Below are positions 1 to 11,348 of a DNA stretch of 64,000 nt, piece after piece. The notes under the pieces were generated by a model. It had not been told where the DNA came from and ran no database searches. It saw only the letters and a list, made by a program, of their open reading frames with translations. Made by a program: the position numbers and the translations under genes. The DNA is taken from the NCBI RefSeq assembly GCF_009914755.1, contig NC_060944.1; one strand, given 5' to 3'. The stretch comes from the human T2T-CHM13v2.0 reference genome, Homo sapiens. Positions within the stretch are counted from its first letter, which is position 1; every line of letters begins with the position of its first letter.

Positions 1-257
1 CAGAGTTGAGCATTCCCTTTCATAGAGCAGGTTGGAAACACTCTTTTTGTAGTATCTGGATGAGGACATTTGGAGCGCTTTCAGGCGTATGGTGAAAAAG
101 GAAATATCTTCCCGTAAAAACTAGACAGAAGCATTCTCAGAAGTTTATTTGTGATGTGTGCCCTCAACTAACAGAGTTGAACCTTTCTTTTGATAGAGCA
201 GTTTTGAAACACTCTTTTTGTAAAATCTGCAAGAGGATATTTGGATAGCTTTGAGGA

Positions 258-274
258 TTTCGTTGCAAACGGGA
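258..274 (+). other. CENP-B box, m1 variant TTTCGTTGCAAACGGGA (core intact); recurs in every HOR
   Basis: Matches the core nTTCGnnnnAnnCGGGn. The G>C change is at a non-core position. Confidence 0.85.
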
Positions 275-599
275 ATGGCTTCATATAAACTCTAGACAGA
301 AGCATTCTCAGAAACTTCGTTGGGATGTTTCGATTGAAGTCCCAGTGTTGAACATTCCCTTTTATAGAGCAGGTTGGAAACACTCTTTCTGCATTCCCTG
401 GAAGTGGACATTTGGAGCGCTTTCAGGACGACGGTGAAAATGGAAATATCTTCCAAGAAAATCTAGATAGAAGCAATGTCAGAAACTTTTATGTGATGGA
501 TCTACTCAGCTAACAGAGTTGAACCTTTCTTTTGAGAGAGCAGTTTTGCAACACTCTTTTTGTGGAATATGCAAGTGGATATTAGGGCAGCTTTGAGGA

Positions 600-616
600 T
601 TTCGTTGGAAACGGGA
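600..616 (+). other. Canonical CENP-B box (m3); equivalents in HOR1 at 938, 1276, 1618, 2298 (ends GGGT) and 2639
   Basis: TTTCGTTGGAAACGGGA read directly. Including m1, there are 7 intact boxes per 16-mer. Confidence 0.95.
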
Positions 617-1955
617 ATACATGTAAAAAGCAGACAGCAGCATTCTCAGAAACTTCTTTGTGATGTTTGCATTGAAGTCACAGAGTTGAACATTCCCTTT
701 GAGAGAGCAGGTTTGAAACACGCCTTTTGTCATATCTGGAAGTGTCCATTCGGAGCGCATTCAGGCTTGTGTTGAAAAAGGAAATATCCTCCCATAAAAA
801 CTAGACAGAAGCATTCTCAGAAACTTATCTGTGATGTATGTACTCAACTAACAGAACTAAACCATCGTTTTGAAGGAGCAGTTTTGAAACACTCTTTTTG
901 CGGAATCTGCAAGTGGATATTTGGCTAGCTGGGAGGATTTCGTTGGAAACGGGATTACATACAAAAAGCAGACAGCAGCATTCTCAGAAACTTCTTTGTG
1001 ATGTTTGCATTCAAGTCACAGAGTTGAACATTCCCTTTCATAGAGCAGGTTTGAAACACTCTTTTTGTAGTATCTGGATGTGGACATTTGGATCGCTTTC
1101 AGGCCTATGGTGAAAAAGGAAATATCTTCCCATGAAAACTAGACAGAAGCATTCTCAGAAACTTATTTGTGATGTGTGCCCTCAACTGACAGTGTTGAAC
1201 CTTTGTTTTGATAGAGCAGTTCTGAAACACACTTTTTGTAAAATCTGCAAGAGGATATTTGGATAGCTTTGAGGATTTCGTTGGAAACGGGAATGTCTTC
1301 ATGTAAACTCTAGACAGAAGCATTCTCAGAAACTGCTTTGGGATGTTTCAATTGAAGTCCCAGTGTTGAACATTCCCTTTCATAGAGCAGGTTTGAAACA
1401 CTCTTTTTGTACTATCTGGAAGTGGACATTTGGAGCGCTTTCAGGTCTACGGTGAAAAAGGAGATATCTTCCAATAAAAACTAGATAGAAGCAATGTCAG
1501 AACTTTTTTCATGATGTATCTACTCAGCAAACAGAGTTGAACCTTTCTTTTGAGAGAGCAGTTTTGAAACACTCTTTTTGTGGAATATGCAAGTGGGTAT
1601 TAGGCCAGCTTGGAGGATTTCGTTGGAAACGGGAATACGTATAAAAAGCAGACAGCAGCATTGTCAGAAACTACTTTGTGATGTTTGCATTCAAGTCACA
1701 GAATTGAACACTCCCTTTCACAGAGCAGGTTTGAAACACTCTTTTTGTAGTGTCTGTAAGTGAACATTTGGATTGCTTTCAGGCCTAAGGTGAAAAAGGA
1801 AATATCTTCCCATAAAAACTAGACAGAAGCATTCTCAGAAACTTGTTTGTGATGTGTGCCCTCTACTGACAGAGTTGAAACTTTCTTTGCAAAGAGCAGT
1901 TTTGAAACACTCTTTTTGTAGAATCTGCAAGAGGATATTTGGATAGCTTTGAGGA

Positions 1956-1972
1956 TTTCTTGGGAAACGGGA
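1956..1972 (+). other. Degenerate (predicted non-binding) CENP-B box in m11, fixed in all complete HOR copies
   Basis: TTTCTTGGGAAACGGGA: the essential TTCG is changed to TTCT. Confidence 0.85.
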
Positions 1973-2850
1973 ATGTCTTCAGATAAACTCTAGACAGAAG
2001 CATTCTCAGAAACTTCTTTGGGATGTTTCAATTGAAGTCACAGTGTTGAACATTCCCTTTCACAGAGCAGGTTTGAAACACTCTTTTTGTAGTGTCTATA
2101 AGTGAACATTTGGCGTGCTTTCAGGCCTAACGTGAAAAAGGAAATATCTTCCCATAAAAACTAGACAGAAGCATTCTCAGAAACTTGTTCTTGATGTGTG
2201 CCCTCTACTGACAGAGTTGAACCTTTCTTTGCAAAGAGCAGCTTTGAAACACTCTTTTTGTAGAATCTGCAAGAGGATATTTGGATAGCTTGGAGGATTT
2301 CGTTGGAAACGGGTATGTCTTCAGATAAACTCTAGACAGAAGCATTCTCAGAAACTTCTTTGGGATGTTGCATTCAAGTCACAGAGTAGAACATTCCCAT
2401 TCATAGAGCAGATTTGAAACACTCTTTTTGTAGTATCTGGAAGTGGACATTTGGAGCGCTTTCAGGCCTATGTTGAAAAAGGAAATGTCTTCCCATAAAA
2501 ACTAGACGGAAGCATTCTCAGAAACTTATTTGTGATGTGTTTGCTCAACTAACAGGATTGAACCATCGTTTTGAAGGAGCAGTTTTGAAACACTGTTTTC
2601 GTGGAATCTGCAAGTGGATATTTGGCTAGCTTTGAGGATTTCGTTGGAAACGGGATTACATATAAAAAGGAGACAGCAGCATTCTCAGAAACTTCTTTGT
2701 GATGTCTGCATTCAATTCACAGAGTTGAGCATTCCCTTTCATAGAGCAGGTTGGAAACACTCTTTTTGTAGTATCTGGATGAGGACATTTGGAGCGCTTT
2801 CAGGCGTATGGTGAAAAAGGAAATATCTTCCCGTAAAAACTAGACAGAAG

Positions 2851-5800
2851 CATTCTCAGAAGTTTATTTGTGATGTGTGCCCTCAACTAACAGAGTTGAA
2901 CCTTTCTTTTGATAGAGCAGTTTTGAAACACTCTTTTTGTAAAATCTGCAAGAGGATATTTGGATAGCTTTGAGGATTTCGTTGCAAACGGGAATGGCTT
3001 CATATAAAGTCTAGACAGAAGCATTCTCAGAAACTTCGTTGGGATGTTTCGATTGAAGTCCCAGTGTTGAACATTCCCTTTTATAGAGCAGGTTGGAAAC
3101 ACTCTTTCTGCATTCCCTGGAAGTGGACATTTGGAGCGCTTTCAGGACGACGGTGAAAATGGAAATATCTTCCAAGAAAATCTAGATAGAAGCAATGTCA
3201 GAAACTTTTATGTGATGGATCTACTCAGCTAACAGAGTTGAACCTTTCTTTTGAGAGAGCAGTTTTGCAACACTCTTTTTGTGGAATATGCAAGTGGATA
3301 TTAGGGCAGCTTTGAGGATTTCGTTGGAAACGGGAATACATGTAAAAAGCAGACAGCAGCATTCTCAGAAACTTCTTTGTGATGTTTGCATTGAAGTCAC
3401 AGAGTTGAACATTCCCTTTGAGAGAGCAGGTTTGAAACACGCCTTTTGTCATATCTGGAAGTGTCCATTCGGAGCGCATTCAGGCTTGTGTTGAAAAAGG
3501 AAATATCCTCCCATAAAAACTAGACAGAAGCATTCTCAGAAACTTATCTGTGATGTATGTACTCAACTAACAGAACTAAACCATCGTTTTGAAGGAGCAG
3601 TTTTGAAACACTCTTTTTGCGGAATCTGCAAGTGGATATTTGGCTAGCTGGGAGGATTTCGTTGGAAACGGGATTACATACAAAAAGCAGACAGCAGCAT
3701 TCTCAGAAACTTCTTTGTGATGTTTGCATTCAAGTCACAGAGTTGAACATTCCCTTTCATAGAGCAGGTTTGAAACACTCTTTTTGTAGTATCTGGATGT
3801 GGACATTTGGATCGCTTTCAGGCCTATGGTGAAAAAGGAAATATCTTCCCATGAAAACTAGACAGAAGCATTCTCAGAAACTTATTTGTGATGTGTGCCC
3901 TCAACTGACAGTGTTGAACCTTTGTTTTGATAGAGCAGTTCTGAAACACACTTTTTGTAAAATCTGCAAGAGGATATTTGGATAGCTTTGAGGATTTCGT
4001 TGGAAACGGGAATGTCTTCATGTAAACTCTAGACAGAAGCATTCTCAGAAACTGCTTTGGGATGTTTCAATTGAAGTCCCAGTGTTGAACATTCCCATTC
4101 ATAGAGCAGGTTTGAAACACTCTTTTTGTACTATCTGGAAGTGGACATTTGGAGCGCTTTCAGGTCTACGGTGAAAAAGGAGATATCTTCCAATAAAAAC
4201 TAGATAGAAGCAATGTCAGAACTTTTTTCATGATGTATCTACTCAGCAAACAGAGTTGAACCTTTCTTTTGAGAGAGCAGTTTTGAAACACTCTTTTTGT
4301 GGAATATGCAAGTGGGTATTAGGCCAGCTTGGAGGATTTCGTTGGAAACGGGAATACGTATAAAAAGCAGACAGCAGCATTGTCAGAAACTACTTTGTGA
4401 TGTTTGCATTCAAGTCACAGAATTGAACACTCCCTTTCACAGAGCAGGTTTGAAACACTCTTTTTGTAGTGTCTGTAAGTGAACATTTGGATTGCTTTCA
4501 GGCCTAAGGTGAAAAAGGAAATATCTTCCCATAAAAACTAGACAGAAGCATTCTCAGAAACTTGTTTGTGATGTGTGCCCTCTACTGACAGAGTTGAAGC
4601 TTTCTTTGCAAAGAGCAGTTTTGAAACACTCTTTTTGTAGAATCTGCAAGAGGATATTTGGATAGCTTTGAGGATTTCTTGGGAAACGGGAATGTCTTCA
4701 GATAAACTCTAGACAGAAGCATTCTCAGAAACTTCTTTGGGATGTTTCAATTGAAGTCACAGTGTTGAACATTCCCTTTCACAGAGCAGGTTTGAAACAC
4801 TCTTTTTGTAGTGTCTATAAGTGAACATTTGGCGTGCTTTCAGTTGTAACGTGAAAAAGGAAATATCTTCCCATAAAAACTAGACAGAAGCATTCTCAGA
4901 AACTTGTTCTTGATGTGTCCCCTCTACTGACAGAGTTGAACCTTTCTTTGCAAAGAGCAGCTTTGAAACACTCTTTTTGTAGAATCTGCAAGAGGATATT
5001 TGGATAGCTTTGAGGATTTCGTTGGAAACGGGTATGTCTTCAGATAAACTCTAGACAGAAGCATTCTCAGAAACTTCTTTGGGATGTTGCATTCAAGTCA
5101 CAGAGTAGAACATTCCCATTCATAGAGCAGATTTGAAACACTCTTTTTGTAGTATCTGGAAGTGGACATTTGGAGCGCTTTCAGGCCTATGTTGAAAAAG
5201 GAAATATCTTCCCATAAAAACTAGACGGAAGCATTCTCAGAAACTTATTTGTGATGTGTTTGCTCAACTAACAGGATTGAACCATCGTTTTGAAGGAGCA
5301 GTTTTGAAACACTGTTTTCGTGGAATCTGCAAGTGGATATTTGGCTAGCTTTGAGGATTTCGTTGGAAACGGGATTACATATAAAAAGGAGACAGCAGCA
5401 TTCTCAGAAACTTCTTTGTGATGTCTGCATTCAATTCACAGAGTTGAGCATTCCCTTTCATAGAGCAGGTTGGAAACACTCTTTTTGTAGTATCTGGATG
5501 AGGACATTTGGAGCGCTTTCAGGCGTATGGTGAAAAAGGAAATATCTTCCCGTAAAAACTAGACAGAAGCATTCTCAGAAGTTTATTTGTGATGTGTGCC
5601 CTCAACTAACAGAGTTGAACCTTTCTTTTGATAGAGCAGTTTTGAAACACTCTTTTTGTAAAATCTGCAAGAGGATATTTGGATAGCTTTGAGGATTTCG
5701 TTGCAAACGGGAATGGCTTCATATAAACTCTAGACAGAAGCATTCTCAGAAACTTCGTTGGGATGTTTCGATTGAAGTCCCAGTGTTGAACATTCCCTTT

Positions 5801-8288
5801 TATAGAGCAGGTTGGAAACACTCTTTCTGCATTCCCTGGAAGTGGACATTTGGAGCGCTTTCAGGACGACGGTGAAAATGGAAATATCTTCCAAGAAAAT
5901 CTAGATAGAAGCAATGTCAGAAACTTTTCTGTGATGGATCTACTCAGCTAACAGAGTTGAACCTTTCTTTTGAGAGAGCAGTTTTGCAACACTCTTTTTG
6001 TGGAATATGCAAGTGGATATTAGGGCAGCTTTGAGGATTTCGTTGGAAACGGGAATACATGTAAAAAGCAGACAGCAGCATTCTCAGAAACTTCTTTGTG
6101 ATGTTTGCATTGAAGTCACAGAGTTGAACATTCCCTTTGAGAGAGCAGGTTTGAAACACGCCTTTTGTCATATCTGGAAGTGTCCATTCGGAGCGCATTC
6201 AGGCTTGTGTTGAAAAAGGAAATATCCTCCCATAAAAACTAGACAGAAGCATTCTCAGAAACTTATCTGTGATGTATGTACTCAACTAACAGAACTAAAC
6301 CATCGTTTTGAAGGAGCAGTTTTGAAACACTCTTTTTGCGGAATCTGCAAGTGGATATTTGGCTAGCTGGGAGGATTTCGTTGGAAACGGGATTACATAC
6401 AAAAAGCAGACAGCAGCATTCTCAGAAACTTCTTTGTGATGTTTGCATTCAAGTCACAGAGTTGAACATTCCCTTTCATAGAGCAGGTTTGAAACACTCT
6501 TTTTGTAGTATCTGGATGTGGACATTTGGATCGCTTTCAGGCCTATGGTGAAAAAGGAAATATCTTCCCATGAAAACTAGACAGAAGCATTCTCAGAAAC
6601 TTATTTGTGATGTGTGCCCTCAACTGACAGTGTTGAACCTTTGTTTTGATAGAGCAGTTCTGAAACACACTTTTTGTAAAATCTGCAAGAGGATATTTGG
6701 ATAGCTTTGAGGATTTCGTTGGAAACGGGAATGTCTTCATGTAAACTCTAGACAGAAGCATTCTCAGAAACTGCTTTGGGATGTTTCAATTGAAGTCCCA
6801 GTGTTGAACATTCCCTTTCATAGAGCAGGTTTGAAACACTCTTTTTGTACTATCTGGAAGTGGACATTTGGAGCGCTTTCAGGTCTACGGTGAAAAAGGA
6901 GATATCTTCCAATAAAAACTAGATAGAAGCAATGTCAGAACTTTTTTCATGATGTATCTACTCAGCAAACAGAGTTGAACCTTTCTTTTGAGAGAGCAGT
7001 TTTGAAACACTCTTTTTGTGGAATATGCAAGTGGGTATTAGGCCAGCTTGGAGGATTTCGTTGGAAACGGGAATACGTATAAAAAGCAGACAGCAGCATT
7101 GTCAGAAACTACTTTGTGATGTTTGCATTCAAGTCACAGAATTGAACACTCCCTTTCACAGAGCAGGTTTGAAACACTCTTTTTGTAGTGTCTGTAAGTG
7201 AACATTTGGATTGCTTTCAGGCCTAAGGTGAAAAAGGAAATATCTTCCCATAAAAACTAGACAGAAGCATTCTCAGAAACTTGTTTGTGATGTGTGCCCT
7301 CTACTGACAGAGTTGAAGCTTTCTTTGCAAAGAGCAGTTTTGAAACACTCTTTTTGTAGAATCTGCAAGAGGATATTTGGATAGCTTTGAGGATTTCTTG
7401 GGAAACGGGAATGTCTTCAGATAAACTCTAGACAGAAGCATTCTCAGAAACTTCTTTGGGATGTTTCAATTGAAGTCACAGTGTTGAACATTCCCTTTCA
7501 CAGAGCAGGTTTGAAACACTCTTTTTGTAGTGTCTATAAGTGAACATTTGGCGTGCTTTCAGTTGTAACGTGAAAAAGGAAATATCTTCCCATAAAAACT
7601 AGACAGAAGCATTCTCAGAAACTTGTTCTTGATGTGTCCCCTCTACTGACAGAGTTGAACCTTTCTTTGCAAAGAGCAGCTTTGAAACACTCTTTTTGTA
7701 GAATCTGCAAGAGGATATTTGGATAGCTTTGAGGATTTCGTTGGAAACGGGTATGTCTTCAGATAAACTCTAGACAGAAGCATTCTCAGAAACTTCTTTG
7801 GGATGTTGCATTCAAGTCACAGAGTAGAACATTCCCATTCATAGAGCAGATTTGAAACACTCTTTTTGTAGTATCTGGAAGTGGACATTTGGAGCGCTTT
7901 CAGGCCTATGTTGAAAAAGGAAATATCTTCCCATAAAAACTAGACGGAAGCATTCTCAGAAACTTATTTGTGATGTGTTTGCTCAACTAACAGGATTGAA
8001 CCATCGTTTTGAAGGAGCAGTTTTGAAACACTGTTTTCGTGGAATCTGCAAGTGGATATTTGGCTAGCTTTGAGGATTTCGTTGGAAACGGGATTACATA
8101 TAAAAAGGAGACAGCAGCATTCTCAGAAACTTCTTTGTGATGTCTGCATTCAATTCACAGAGTTGAGCATTCCCTTTCATAGAGCAGGTTGGAAACACTC
8201 TTTTTGTAGTATCTGGATGAGGACATTTGGAGCGCTTTCAGGCGTATGGTGAAAAAGGAAATATCTTCCCGTAAAAACTAGACAGAAG
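2851..8288 (+). repeat. HOR2-HOR3: two 16-mer copies (2719 bp each)
   Basis: Anchor ORF spacing 2887>5606>8325 is 2719 bp each. Confidence 0.95.
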
Positions 8289-11200
8289 CATTCTCAGAAG
8301 TTTATTTGTGATGTGTGCCCTCAACTAACAGAGTTGAACCTTTCTTTTGATAGAGCAGTTTTGAAACACTCTTTTTGTAAAATCTGCAAGAGGATATTTG
8401 GATAGCTTTGAGGATTTCGTTGCAAACGGGAATGGCTTCATATAAACTCTAGACAGAAGCATTCTCAGAAACTTCGTTGGGATGTTTCGATTGAAGTCCC
8501 AGTGTTGAACATTCCCTTTTATAGAGCAGGTTGGAAACACTCTTTCTGCATTCCCTGGAAGTGGACATTTGGAGCGCTTTCAGGACGACGGTGAAAATGG
8601 AAATATCTTCCAAGAAAATCTAGATAGAAGCAATGTCAGAAACTTTTCTGTGATGGATCTACTCAGCTAACAGAGTTGAACCTTTCTTTTGAGAGAGCAG
8701 TTTTGCAACACTCTTTTTGTGGAATATGCAAGTGGATATTAGGGCAGCTTTGAGGATTTCGTTGGAAACGGGAATACATGTAAAAAGCAGACAGCAGCAT
8801 TCTCAGAAACTTCTTTGTGATGTTTGCATTGAAGTCACAGAGTTGAACATTCCCTTTGAGAGAGCAGGTTTGAAACACGCCTTTTGTCATATCTGGAAGT
8901 GTCCATTCGGAGCGCATTCAGGCTTGTGTTGAAAAAGGAAATATCCTCCCATAAAAACTAGACAGAAGCATTCTCAGAAACTTATCTGTGATGTATGTAC
9001 TCAACTAACAGAACTAAACCATCGTTTTGAAGGAGCAGTTTTGAAACACTCTTTTTGCGGAATCTGCAAGTGGATATTTGGCTAGCTGGGAGGATTTCGT
9101 TGGAAACGGGATTACATACAAAAAGCAGACAGCAGCATTCTCAGAAACTTCTTTGTGATGTTTGCATTCAAGTCACAGAGTTGAACATTCCCTTTCATAG
9201 AGCAGGTTTGAAACACTCTTTTTGTAGTATCTGGATGTGGACATTTGGATCGCTTTCAGGCCTATCGTGAAAAAGGAAATATCTTCCCATGAAAACTAGA
9301 CAGAAGCATTCTCAGAAACTTATTTGTGATGTGTGCCCTCAACTGACAGTGTTGAACCTTTGTTTTGATAGAGCAGTTCTGAAACACACTTTTTGTAAAA
9401 TCTGCAAGAGGATATTTGGATAGCTTTGAGGATTTCGTTGGAAACGGGAATGTCTTCATGTAAACTCTAGACAGAAGCATTCTCAGAAACTGCTTTGGGA
9501 TGTTTCAATTGAAGTCCCAGTGTTGAACATTCCCTTTCATAGAGCAGGTTTGAAACACTCTTTTTGTACTATCTGGAAGTGGACATTTGGAGCGCTTTCA
9601 GGTCTACGGTGAAAAAGGAGATATCTTCCAATAAAAACTAGATAGAAGCAATGTCAGAACTTTTTTCATGATGTATCTACTCAGCAAACAGAGTTGAACC
9701 TTTCTTTTGAGAGAGCAGTTTTGAAACACTCTTTTTGTGGAATATGCAAGTGGGTATTAGGCCAGCTTGGAGGATTTCGTTGGAAACGGGAATACGTATA
9801 AAAAGCAGACAGCAGCATTGTCAGAAACTACTTTGTGATGTTTGCATTCAAGTCACAGAATTGAACACTCCCTTTCACAGAGCAGGTTTGAAACACTCTT
9901 TTTGTAGTGTCTGTAAGTGAACATTTGGATTGCTTTCAGGCCTAAGGTGAAAAAGGAAATATCTTCCCATAAAAACTAGACAGAAGCATTCTCAGAAACT
10001 TGTTTGTGATGTGTGCCCTCTACTGACAGAGTTGAAGCTTTCTTTGCAAAGAGCAGTTTTGAAACACTCTTTTTGTAGAATCTGCAAGAGGATATTTGGA
10101 TAGCTTTGAGGATTTCTTGGGAAACGGGAATGTCTTCAGATAAACTCTAGACAGAAGCATTCTCAGAAACTTCTTTGGGATGTTTCAATTGAAGTCACAG
10201 TGTTGAACATTCCCTTTCACAGAGCAGGTTTGAAACACTCTTTTTGTAGTGTCTATAAGTGAACATTTGGCGTGCTTTCAGTTGTAACGTGAAAAAGGAA
10301 ATATCTTCCCATAAAAACTAGACAGAAGCATTCTCAGAAACTTGTTCTTGATGTGTCCCCTCTACTGACAGAGTTGAACCTTTCTTTGCAAAGAGCAGCT
10401 TTGAAACACTCTTTTTGTAGAATCTGCAAGAGGATATTTGGATAGCTTGGAGGATTTCGTTGGAAACGGGAATGTCTTCAGATAAACTCTAGACAGAAGC
10501 ATTCTCAGAAACTTCTTTGGGATGTTGCATTCAAGTCACAGTGTTGAACATTCCCTTTCACAGAGCAGGTTTGAAACACTCTTTTTGTAGTGTCTATAAG
10601 TGAACATTTGGCGTGCTTTCAGGCCTAACGTGAAAAAGGAAATATCTTCCCATAAAAACTAGACAGAAGCATTCTCAGAAACTTGTTCCTGATGTGTGCC
10701 CTCTACTGACAGAGTTGAACCTTTGTTTGCAAAGAGCAGCTTTGAAACACACTTTTTGTAGAATCTGCAAGAGGATATTTGGATAGCTTTAAGGATTTCG
10801 TTGGAAACGGGTATGTCTTCAGATAAACTCTAGACAGAAGCATTCTCAGAAACTTCTTTGGGATGTTGCATTCAAGTCACAGAGTAGAACATTCCCATTC
10901 ATAGAGCAGATTTGAAACACTCTTTTTGTAGTATCTGGAAGTGGACATTTGGAGCGCTTTCCGGCCTATGTTGAAAAAGGAAATATCTTCCCATAAAAAC
11001 TAGACGGAAGCATTCTCAGAAACTTATTTGTGATGTGTTTGCTCAACTAACAGGATTGAACCATCGTTTTGAAGGAGCAGTTTTGAAACACTGTTTTCGT
11101 GGAATCTGCAAGTGGATATTTGGCTAGCTTTGAGGATTTCGTTGGAAACGGGATTACATATAAAAAGGAGACAGCAGCATTCTCAGAAACTTCTTTGTGA

Positions 11201-11348
11201 TGTCTGCATTCAATTCACAGAGTTGAGCATTCCCTTTCATAGAGCAGGTTGGAAACACTCTTTTTGTAGTATCTGGATGAGGACATTTGGAGCGCTTTCA
11301 GGCGTATGGTGAAAAAGGAAATATCTTCCCGTAAAAACTAGACAGAAG
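8289..11348 (+). repeat. HOR4: 18-mer class I (3060 bp; m11-12-13-[14/12 hybrid]-13-14)
   Basis: Extra 341 bp: a 170-bp hybrid at 10500-10669 (m14 start GGGATGTTGCATTCAAG, m12 remainder) plus a second m13 at 10670-10840. Confidence 0.9.

Larger units (their letters stand above)
132..2850 (+). repeat. HOR1: reference 16-mer HOR copy (2719 bp)
   Basis: Monomer starts are at 132, 303, 474, 641, 812, 979, 1150, 1321, 1492, 1659, 1830, 2001, 2172, 2343, 2513 and 2680. Lengths are 11x171 + 4x167 (m3, m5, m9, m15) + 1x170 (m14) = 2719. The next copy starts at 2851 with the same CATTCTCAGAAGTTTATT. Confidence 0.97.

Noticed and set aside
132-2850. Assignment to D17Z1 (16-mer) or D6Z1 (18-mer)
   Set aside because: D17Z1 is pentameric SF3, whereas this array is strictly dimeric. 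D6Z1 is SF1 with a canonical 18-mer, whereas here the 18-mers derive from a 16-mer and the monomers look SF2-like. This is based on recall and needs an HMM search to be definitive.
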